Source of the DNA: a virus | Direction: 5' to 3' (one strand) | DNA length: 64,000 nt | IMG/VR virus record: IMGVR_UViG_3300027741_000027 | Span: 72,022-136,021 of that record | Shown here: positions 16,221 through 25,400 of the stretch, one piece after another | How positions within the stretch are numbered: position 1 is the first letter of the stretch | Layout of the letters: each line of letters starts with the position of its first letter | The notes under the pieces: model-generated | What the model was told of the DNA's origin: nothing | The model's input: the letters and a program-made list of their open reading frames with translations, nothing else | The model's database searches: none | Made by a program: the position numbers and the translations under genes

Positions 16221-16402
16221 GACTTGCTCAACTTACGTTCGATGTACCTAACGAGAATATCAGCGTTAGCGATATCGCCCTCCATGTATTTAATCATCTC
16301 GTCGTTGTTGTCCTGAGTTTCTAGCGTATTTTGCAACTCCTCCGCATAACTATTTGCGATGCGGATAATTTCTTCTGCAATATCATTCTCAATACTAATC
16401 AT
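16217..16402 (-). CDS. Hypothetical helical protein (61 aa)
   Basis: MISIEND...; ATGA overlap. Confidence 0.6.
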   Translation of the reverse strand: MISIENDIAEEIIRIANSYAEELQNTLETQDNNDEMIKYMEGDIANADILVRYIERKLSKS

Positions 16403-16782
16403 ACTTCCATCTCCTCGCAATTACAATCCCAATCCATATCCTCGCCGCAATCATCGCAAAGGCTATCATCCTCCTGTGGATCAAAGTCAATCGTGAGGGT
16501 CTTGACCCTATTGCGATTGTCAAACTCTGCGTACACAGGGTACACACCGTCACCGTACAAGGTGCCACAGGCGATAGCAAGGTTCTCAAGCTGTCCGTAA
16601 CCATTGCTACTCAGAGTTGCGTTGCAGCAACCATCGTAATTCATTTCGTATGATGAACTTGGCTTATTCTTAGTGCTAGTGTCAAATTCTTTTACAAAGT
16701 CTGCATTGATGTAGCAGGGGTCAATAATCATAATCTGGCCTGAGTCTACCGCGACCTGACCGATAAGTGTCTTTGTAGTCAT
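16399..16782 (-). CDS. DUF4241-like protein
   Basis: IGQVAVDSGQIMIIDPCY...TLYGDGVYPVY motif; AAGGAG RBS sets start at 16782. Confidence 0.65.
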   Translation of the reverse strand: MTTKTLIGQVAVDSGQIMIIDPCYINADFVKEFDTSTKNKPSSSYEMNYDGCCNATLSSNGYGQLENLAIACGTLYGDGVYPVYAEFDNRNRVKTLTIDFDPQEDDSLCDDCGEDMDWDCNCEEMEV

Positions 16783-16819
16783 TGTGTTTCTCCTTGTTTT
16801 GTGTTCAACAACTGAATAC

Positions 16820-16862
16820 AACATAGCAAACCGTTTCACCGCTTGGGTAAAGACTTGGCAAA
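16820..16862 (-). promoter_or_regulatory. Early promoter with box (18-nt class)
   Basis: TTTGC-N6-TTTAC-N18-TGC-TATGTT. Confidence 0.75.
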
Positions 16863-16864
16863 AC

Positions 16865-17173
16865 CTACGTTCCCCGAATGGTGGCACCCTTTAGAGGCCA
16901 ACCCTGACACACCTTCACAGTGACATTCTTTCCAACTGGATTATTTGCTGTAAAAGTAAACAGGACTGTATCACCCTTGCCGCAACCCTTGAATCCAACA
17001 AATATAGAATCGCGGTCAATAAGTTTTACATTAGTAAATCCATTGGTCACAAGGGTATTCTCTGCCACCCTCTGATCTGCAAACTGTCCAAACGCACAAC
17101 CCGCAAACAAAACAAAAACAATAGCTACGAGGGTTCCAACCCATGTATATTTATCTTTGATATTTCTTTTCAT
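16865..17173 (-). CDS. Membrane-anchored/exported protein with two Cys
   Basis: N-terminal hydrophobic helix; GCGKGD...F.A.NP.GK.V.V.VC.G. Confidence 0.7.
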   Translation of the reverse strand: MKRNIKDKYTWVGTLVAIVFVLFAGCAFGQFADQRVAENTLVTNGFTNVKLIDRDSIFVGFKGCGKGDTVLFTFTANNPVGKNVTVKVCQGWPLKGATIRGT

Positions 17174-17598
17174 TAGTAAAGGTGTCCTGATCTAGAGAAT
17201 GGGTCTTGCATGATCTTAGCTCGCATCTTCTCAAGATCAGCAAGGTCGTTGTGAGAGCGTTCTGCCCTGTGATTAGTCAGTTGGTCTTGGATATAGCGCA
17301 GCTTGGACACGGTATGCGGCCTAGCGTCAGTGGAATACCTATCGGGGACGCTCACGGTCATGCGAGGGTCACGGATAACAGACTCAACCCGTTCAGACCA
17401 CTCCTGTTCCTCCTGAGACTTCTTATTGGCCTTAGCAGCGTGAGCCGCTTGGATTCCAGTGATGGTAACAGGGGCAGAAGTGCCTGTGATTACTTTTTCT
17501 TCTGTATGTTCGGGACAGTTGAGAGGTAAACGACCGCGCTGTGCGGCTCTCTGCCACTCATGGTTCCCTGCTTGGCAATGCAATGTTTTCATAGTCAT
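17173..17598 (-). CDS. Hypothetical protein with N-terminal C-x3-H/C metal site, leaderless
   Basis: LHCQAGNHEW...RGRLPLNCPEH; ATG 6 nt after -10. Confidence 0.7.
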   Translation of the reverse strand: MTMKTLHCQAGNHEWQRAAQRGRLPLNCPEHTEEKVITGTSAPVTITGIQAAHAAKANKKSQEEQEWSERVESVIRDPRMTVSVPDRYSTDARPHTVSKLRYIQDQLTNHRAERSHNDLADLEKMRAKIMQDPFSRSGHLY

Positions 17599-17604
17599 AA
17601 GTTT

Positions 17605-17647
17605 ACCTTAGCACACTTGATTACTTTTTAAGTAAAGACTTAGTAAA
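17605..17647 (-). promoter_or_regulatory. Early promoter with box (18-nt class)
   Basis: TTTAC-N6-TTTAC-N18-TGC-TAAGGT. Confidence 0.75.
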
Positions 17648-17733
17648 GGAAGGGAGGACGCAGCGGGGGAGTATTGTCTTTTATATCCGAAGCCAATGGG
17701 GACGGGCATTGGCTGGAGTCCTCAATATATTAC

Positions 17734-18720
17734 TTAAGCGTTAAGGACGAGTTCAAAGCCCCTCTGCTTAAGTGCGTTGTCATCGAAGCTACGCGCCATT
17801 TGTGAGCCACGCTTAGTCATCTTGCGACCGTAATCGGCATACTCTGCGATTGCGTTAGCTGCGCACCACTTGCTGCCCGGTGCGTTGCCTGTAGTGTCGC
17901 CATTGACGCCTTCGCCCCTGTAGATCGCCATGATTGCATTCTTTGCAACTGAGCGATTAGTTACAGCACGATCACCCATGCTGCCCTCAACAGGGTAAAG
18001 CTCATCAAGAACAGAGCGCAGACGGCCCTCTGAAAAAGAAGTCAGAGCCAACTGATCGCCAAGATCCTTAAATTGCTTGTAATAGTCAATGGTAATACCC
18101 ATGACGTTACGAGCCTCATGGAGCTTTGCATTAATATTACCTGTGTGACGTACAGTGTAGGTGCGCTTACCCTGCTTGGCCCTGCTTACAGCCCAACCAA
18201 GAGTGTTTGCGCAAACAATACGAATTGGGCTAACAGACACAAGGCAAGCAGACTTACCATCGTGAGCATTAGCAATAAATACATATTGCCCAACATCGTC
18301 ACCTGCAACCTGAATGTAATCAGGCATCTTGCACAGTACCCATACCTTCTTACCTGCGTACAGGGAACCTGCGGTTTCGTACATCATATCTGTGCCAATA
18401 AGATTGTCCATGAAAGCAAATGCCTCATGGTTCTGAATTGGCTTGTAACGCTCTGTTACGACACCCATTACATCGTTGGTATCCTCACGGACGTTCATCC
18501 AAAGATTGTCTACCTTTGGGTACGTTGTGATGTTCTGACCACCGACGTTGGTAATAATTTCCTGATGAACAGGGCGCTGAATGATGTTCCAATCAAGACC
18601 TGAAAGCTCTAGTGCTTCCTTGATCGAACCGGGGTACTGATCTAGTACGTTACCAAGACCATGCCACGGCATTTCGCGTACCGAGAACATCTGATCTTTG
18701 TCTGTAATTCCGTGTGCCAT
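17734..18720 (-). CDS. DUF932 / TIGR03299 phage-plasmid family protein
   Basis: MFSVRE.PWHGLG, ETAGSL..GKKVW, NAHDG, TPIR/SPIRIVCANT, ...HT motifs. Confidence 0.9.
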   Translation of the reverse strand: MAHGITDKDQMFSVREMPWHGLGNVLDQYPGSIKEALELSGLDWNIIQRPVHQEIITNVGGQNITTYPKVDNLWMNVREDTNDVMGVVTERYKPIQNHEAFAFMDNLIGTDMMYETAGSLYAGKKVWVLCKMPDYIQVAGDDVGQYVFIANAHDGKSACLVSVSPIRIVCANTLGWAVSRAKQGKRTYTVRHTGNINAKLHEARNVMGITIDYYKQFKDLGDQLALTSFSEGRLRSVLDELYPVEGSMGDRAVTNRSVAKNAIMAIYRGEGVNGDTTGNAPGSKWCAANAIAEYADYGRKMTKRGSQMARSFDDNALKQRGFELVLNA

Positions 18721-18761
18721 TTGCTGCTCCTTTGTTTTGTTGTATTCAACTGCTGAACAGG

Positions 18762-18770
18762 AGTGTAGCA
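18762..18770 (-). promoter_or_regulatory. Extended -10 promoter of the DUF932 gene; inverted box pair at 18794-18809
   Basis: TGC-TACACT; TTTAC-N6-TTTAC on the + strand upstream. Confidence 0.6.
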
Positions 18771-18875
18771 GCTATTTCATCATTGAAGAGGATTTTACCA
18801 AGATTTTACCTTTCGATATGATTCTGGCTTGATTAATCTTATTAAAATAAGAAAAACAAATCTTTAATTAATACA

Positions 18876-19031
18876 ATGAGTTTATTGAGAATAGACAACC
18901 AGCTAAAAAGAGTTTGGATTCTCAATAAAAGAATTCATCACGGAGCAGTTGGATTCGTTATGTTTGTTGCGGGAATTGCCTTAATGCAGAATGATTGGCA
19001 CGATTTTCCGTGGCTTCGTGATAATGATTGA
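18876..19031 (+). CDS. Small membrane protein with HHG motif (51 aa, not in ORF track)
   Basis: MSLLRIDNQLKRVWILNKRIHHGAVGFVMFVAGIALMQNDWHDFPWLRDND. Confidence 0.6.
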   Translation: MSLLRIDNQLKRVWILNKRIHHGAVGFVMFVAGIALMQNDWHDFPWLRDND

Positions 19032-19041
19032 GATTCCGAAC

Positions 19042-19051
19042 CTTAAATAGT
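19042..19051 (+). promoter_or_regulatory. Candidate late promoter CTTAAATAGT
   Basis: Identical 10-mer precedes the portal gene at 40236-40245 (minus). Confidence 0.45.
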
Positions 19052-19059
19052 AGATACCT

Positions 19060-19488
19060 ATGTTATTAGCATCATTTTCAAGCTTTATGGGGCAACCCAC
19101 CCCTCTCGTCATCTTTGAATTGATCGGCGCAAGCTTGGGATCTTATGCTCTTTTTTCTTATATTAAAAATATCAATGTAAAATCACAATTAACGGCAAAA
19201 GATACAATAATTGAAACCAATCAACAAACTATAGTATCATATGGAGAAAGATTAGATTCTTTGGAAGCTCAAGTCAAAGCCCTTGAGAAAGAAAACAATT
19301 TTCTTAAGACCGAATTAACTAATTGGGAAGAAAAATATAGGTCGCTTGAGAGCTTTGCCGCTCCGCAACTAGGCGAAAAATTAATTAAGATGTTCGAACA
19401 ACAAGAGGATTTGTTAAGTAAAATGGTGTGTGCATTAGAAGGAATCCAAGCTAAAATTGATTCCTTTGATGAACAGCAGAGTGAGTAA
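19060..19488 (+). CDS. Membrane protein with N-terminal TM helix and coiled coil
   Basis: Hydrophobic residues ~14-33 then heptad-rich region. Confidence 0.7.
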   Translation: MLLASFSSFMGQPTPLVIFELIGASLGSYALFSYIKNINVKSQLTAKDTIIETNQQTIVSYGERLDSLEAQVKALEKENNFLKTELTNWEEKYRSLESFAAPQLGEKLIKMFEQQEDLLSKMVCALEGIQAKIDSFDEQQSE

Positions 19489-22400
19489 TGTGGGATTTCT
19501 CTTTTCAAAAAGAATCTACGGATAATCATGATTGGACACCGGGGCGACTCGGTGCCGGATATATCCACGCTAGAACGAATACCCCAGATTCGTTCAACCT
19601 GCTTGACTATAGCATACGCACATGGTCAGTAGGCCCAGACTATACAGATGACATTGACCGCGAGTACCAGCGTATTCGCGCTACTGATCTTGTCGTATTT
19701 AAGTTTTATATTACACCTACAGGTGGTATCCATGATCGTGGCGAAGGTTTTAAGAATAGAACCGGCAAGTCAGATCGTTCTGTAATTGCCTTTCTTCATC
19801 GTAAAGATAATCGTTTTTATGATGGACGCAATGATATTAAGACAAGCGCAACAGAAGATAGCGCACTGCACTTTAATCATTATACAGGTGAGCCTTGCTA
19901 CTGCGGATTTGGTCAGACGCATGGCTTAGAGAAGGAAGCCAATCTAAAGTATAAAGATATTAAACGAGGCGAGCTTCCAGAAAGCTATTATATGAATTTG
20001 GAAGGCGAAAATGGCAGGGTTTTTCGAGATTATGTTGTTGCTTTAGCCGAAGGCGGAGAGGTTGTAGGCGCTGGAGGTAATACAGAAACAATAGAGGCGA
20101 TTCCCGGAATCAAAAAAGTTATTCCGTGGATTGTCGGTCAAATGAAAAAAGGAACTCTTAATTTTGAATCGGGTCGTCGCAGCACCAGACCCGGTTTTGA
20201 GCGCGTTGTTTCTGAAAGAAACTTTGAATTTTGGTCGCCGGGACGCCTTGAAAATATTGCTGATTTATTTAATGCCGAAGGATCTCCTTATCAAAACAAA
20301 CTTGTAGAGTGTCCAGAGTGCAAGGGAAAAGGAGAAAAGTGGAATACGGAGGTTGAAGCTCATGTAATGTGCGATAGATGCATGGCACACAAAACTGCGC
20401 CAAGTAATCAAAAAGAAAACTTGATGGAGCTACCTCCAGACGAAATAGAAACAAGAGCTAAACGCCATCGAAATTGGGTTAGAGAGCGCGAAGCAGAAGC
20501 TATGCGCAAAGCCGATGTTAAAAATCAAGAGAGGGTTTACGAATTTACTGATCCAGACCATAAAGGCTGGTTTGTTACAAGACTTAATCCTGATGCTGGT
20601 GAGGCTAAACGAGTTGGCATTGAGCAAGGCAATTGTTTTCAACAGGAGGCGCAGGGCTATCAAAGGTCAGTTGCAGAGGGCGATTTAACTGTTTATGTAT
20701 TAAGGGATCCTAAAGGGTTGGGTCATGCGCTATGGGCTTATGACCGCGATGGCAAAATCGCGGTTATGGAAGATTCTAGTAAACTTTATAACAAACGAGG
20801 CAAAGGTTGGGTAGGTTATGAAGTAAATAATCAATGGATTCGAAATATGATTAATGAAGCCAGTGATGCCTTAGGTATGCAAAAAAGATACCACAAAGAT
20901 AATTATGATGTTCAACTGCCCGATGTTTTAACAGTAGATCAATTTTTAATTCAATTTTCAAACGATGATTCGGATGCATATAAACAATTAGTTGCAAAAT
21001 CCGCAGATGAACAAGATATTGATGCGGATATGGTTTCGGAAGTTATAAAAGGTCGCGTTGATTGGAGGTCCATTGTCGGAGATTTGTTTAACGGGCCAAC
21101 TACCGGAAACCTATCTGATGAACAAATCCCTTTTAATGATTTTATAAAAATTATGGATGGTGATGATCGTCTTATCTTTGCTTTGGATCAATTTGTTCAA
21201 GAAGCAGATAGAAGAATATCAGACCCAGAAGTAGAAGCCAATCAGCGCAATCAAGATCATGTAAATGATTATAAAGAGTGGAAAAAAATTCACACTCATC
21301 CATATACTGGCGAATATACACACCCAGAAACATGGGCAAATACCGCTTGGCACAAAAATGACTATGAAGAATTTCGTGAAAATTTCAGTGACAGTCCGTG
21401 GGCTTTTTCACTTCCTGATTGGGACACATTTATTTCTGAGTGGGGCGGCAAACTTCCAGCAAGTTTAAATCCTGCTTATCGAAAAGGCAAACCTGTAATT
21501 GAAACCAGTGCTTGCAAAAAATGTGGTGGGTCTGGTCGTCTTATTACTCCAAATGGTTATGTCACTTGTGATAAATGTTGGGGTGATGGTGATGAACGAA
21601 ATAAAGTTGTATTTCCTGATCCAGAATCAGATGCCGCCAAGTGTCAGTCCTGTGCAGGATCAGGCGTCGATCAAAGCAAAGTTCAACACCTTAAACAACA
21701 GGTTGAGCAATTAAAAGCAGATGGTGTTCATGACCGTCTTATTGTTGAATTTGAAAGAACTTTAGGAAGAAAAGATTTACAAAATACTGATTTGCGTTGC
21801 GGGGCTTGTAATGGCACGGGCAAAAACAAGCCTGCCGCAAAGCTCATGGAAGAGGGTTCAGGGCAACTTAAATTTGGTAAAAAGAAACAAGACAATTACA
21901 TTGTTCACTTTGATTCTATTACAGGCAAGCCATGCACCTGTGGATTTGGTGCATATAGGAATACCAATGAAGATGGCGAGCGATTCTTTAAAGAAGCATC
22001 AGGTTACAAGTTTAAAGAAATTACAAAGAGTCCGCCTTCATTTCTTCAAAATGAAGAGGGTCAAGCCCTCATTGAGTATTTAACATCTCTTATTAAGGGT
22101 GTTGGCGAGAATCCTCAACCCATACTAGAGGGAGCTAAAACTCTTGTTCCGTGGATTGTTAAACAGTTCAAAGAAGGCAATCTTACTTACAATCCAAACG
22201 AAGATCGATCATATTATACGGGCATTGAAAGAGTGTATCCGGGTGGAAATACACCAATTGATTTTGATGAGTTAGAGTTCATAGTTAATTATGTTAATGC
22301 AAGCGAAGGCCCATATAGACAAAATGTTGATTGGATGTCTTTTGATTTTATTGACCTAATACGTCAGGGGATGAGGCATCATGAGTGGGTTAAAGAAAAA

Positions 22401-25400
22401 GAAAAAGACGCTAAGTTTTTAGCAAATCAAAACACCGTTTATACATTTGATGACTCTAACCTTGAATGGGTTGGTTGGACTGTTGCTAAATTAGAAGACG
22501 AAAATGAAGTTGAGCAAGAAGGAATAAGGCAGGGCAATTGTATTAAAGACGAAGAAAGCGGTTATTTAGAAGCTTTTGATAAAGGTTATCTTGATCTTTA
22601 TGTATTGAGAGATACATTTGGAGGCAGTCATGCAATTTGGGGATATAACACAGACGATGGTTCTGTGGCATTTATGGAGGATTCTTCTAAAAGATATGCA
22701 GAAGAGAGAAGGCGAACTGACTTTCCTTACTACAAGGTAAATGTCCCATTTATTCGTGAAATGATTTCTACTGCTAATCAAGCACTTGGTTTAGATGATG
22801 ACTACGATAATGGTAGTTATAATTATAATAGAGGTGAAACTGGTGAAGATTGTTACGATAGAAATAGGGAGCATTGGAGGCCAGAGCGGGAAGAAGAGGA
22901 AGAGGAGGAAGAGGAGGAAAAGGAAGCACTTGAAATTCAATTGTCAGATGTAACAAGTTTTGCAGAATACGAAGCTCAATATGGCGAGGACAATAATTGT
23001 TGGGAGCTTGCAGCAAGGGAGGCACAAGATGAAGGTCTTATTATTGGCGATGATACACAGATTTATCCCGGCTCAATTCATTGGGATGATATAGCCTATG
23101 AATACTTTAATACTCCAAGAGACTTTCAAACCAACTTAGATTTGTTGAACAAATGGGCCGCAGTTTTTCATAATCAATTTCAGATTGGAGATTTTTACGA
23201 AGAGTGTCAAAGGTATTTAGAAACAGCAGATCTTGATGAAGAAGACGATGCAGAAATACAGGCTTACCAAGAGTGGGTTAAATTACACACAAATCCGCTT
23301 ACGGGTAAATTTCAAGATCCTAGAGGAATTTCGCCAAGTAATTTAGATAGATTAAGAAGGCAAGAAGAAGAAAACGTTTGGGGATTCTCTGTTCCAAGCG
23401 ATGAAGATTTAGCATCATTTAACGGCATTCTTCCTGCGGGCTTAAATCCACAAAACAGAAGAGGCGAGCCATTACATACAAAAATTCAATGCCTGTCTTG
23501 CGGTGGAGCTGGAGGAGATCCTAATACTGGCGCAACGTGTCGGGCCTGTAATGGAACGGGTATGATGCAGGCTAGAGCCACAATGCCCGATTGGGAAACA
23601 AGATTGAAAAATCGGGGCGAGAACGGTGGAATTCCAAACCCCGCAGCAATGATTCATGAAGAGCCATCAGGTCAATTGTTTATGGCAAAGAAAAAGTGGG
23701 ACATGACCCCTCTTAGTTTTACCGACCAATTGAAACTTCACTTATCAACGATTGAAGCTAAGGTTTCTCATGATCTTAGCTGGGTAGCTGGTGGTCGCGG
23801 TCGCGGCCTTATGCTCAATAGCGGTAAACTTATCACTTGGCCAGTGAACAAGAAAGGCGAGCCGCAGCATCCTGATATGTATGAATACCTTACAGGACAC
23901 AAATTGCCTGAGACTCATTCCGTACATGATTTTACAGAAGGCATCCCATTTGATATTAATGAAGATGGATCGGTCAATTGGTTCTCTAAGGATACATCGC
24001 CTGATCTTATTGCTGATATCTCCAAGATTGATTATCGACTTAAAACTTCCGCAATTGATCCTTGTTGGAGAACGGGGGAATGCGCAGCCTTTGCTCTTGC
24101 AGCACACGATTTAACAGGTTGGCCAATCTTTAAAATTGACGAAAGACCAAACGGTGGGGCGTGGCACTTTATGGTTCAGACACCAAACGGCGACTTTTTA
24201 GATGGCGATGGAATTAGAAGAGGAGAGGAAATTTTAGCTGAGCATAGCGAGGCTGCCGAAGAACTTGCAAAGACCCATGACATCTATCCTTCCAGCAGAG
24301 AAGAAGTAGTGGCTTATGGTTCAAATGTAATAGAGAAGGCAAAAGAAGCCACACCTATTATTCAAAACATGTTGAAATCTTCTAAAACTTATGAAGGGTT
24401 TGATGTTCATTTCCACCCTTACACGGGCGAGCCATGCACTTGCGCTTATGGTCAATCACCAAACAACAGACGCACAGCATCACAGGCTGTTCGTAAAGTA
24501 AAGAATCAAGATCAGAAGCATATGCGCAGTGAAAAAGGTCAAGCCATTCTTGATTATCTACATAAACTTATTTCAGGTCACGGTCTGAGTGAGCAAGGTG
24601 AATTCGGGCGAGGTCCGGCTCCCGGTCTTGAAGGCATGGTGCCATGGATTGTAAAACAAATCAAAACAGAAGACATTAAACCGTTTACTTATGACGATGG
24701 AGAAGTGTATGGTCTTGGTCGCTTTTCAACTATGGAATTTAGCTCTGTTCAACAGGCGAAGATGGCACTTGCTGGTAAACATGAATCATTGATTAGTGTT
24801 CAGCAGAATTACGAATCAGATTATTGGAAGACAAGGTTAGAAAGCTTTGGGTATCAAGTAGATGATACCTACGGAGCAGTTGATAACCCTGACATTGATG
24901 CTGTAGTAATTAACTGCGATATTGTTGGTCCTAATGACCTTATTGATCTTTTAAAGAAGATTCCTGAGGGTACGCCCACTTGGATTGGTGGATCAGATGC
25001 AATATTGGAACAAATCGGTGCAACGGAAGACGCAGAAGAATATTTGAAGGACTTACTCAAAAGAAACAAAATTAATTCTCGCAAAATTTACATCACGACG
25101 ACAATGTATAGAGCAGTGCAAGCAATAGACGACACTGTTAGAGAAGAAAACCCAGACCTATCTAATTTTGAATTACCAGATAAGTATTACGCCAAGATCA
25201 AACCAGAGGATTGGGCAAATTGGTTTAATGCATCCAACGCACCTGCTCGTCGCAGCAGGACAGAAAAGGAAGTCAGGGCCGCATTTAATAGGTCAGAGAA
25301 ATACATTCAGTATCGCATCGAACGGGGAAACAAAACAATTAATGGTGATATTAATTCTCCTATGTATAACGATGATTTGTTAGGACTTATGGCCGATCAA

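Noticed and set aside
22886-22925. GAGGAA microsatellite-like run
   Set aside because: Simply encodes a poly-Glu stretch in the 2504-aa protein
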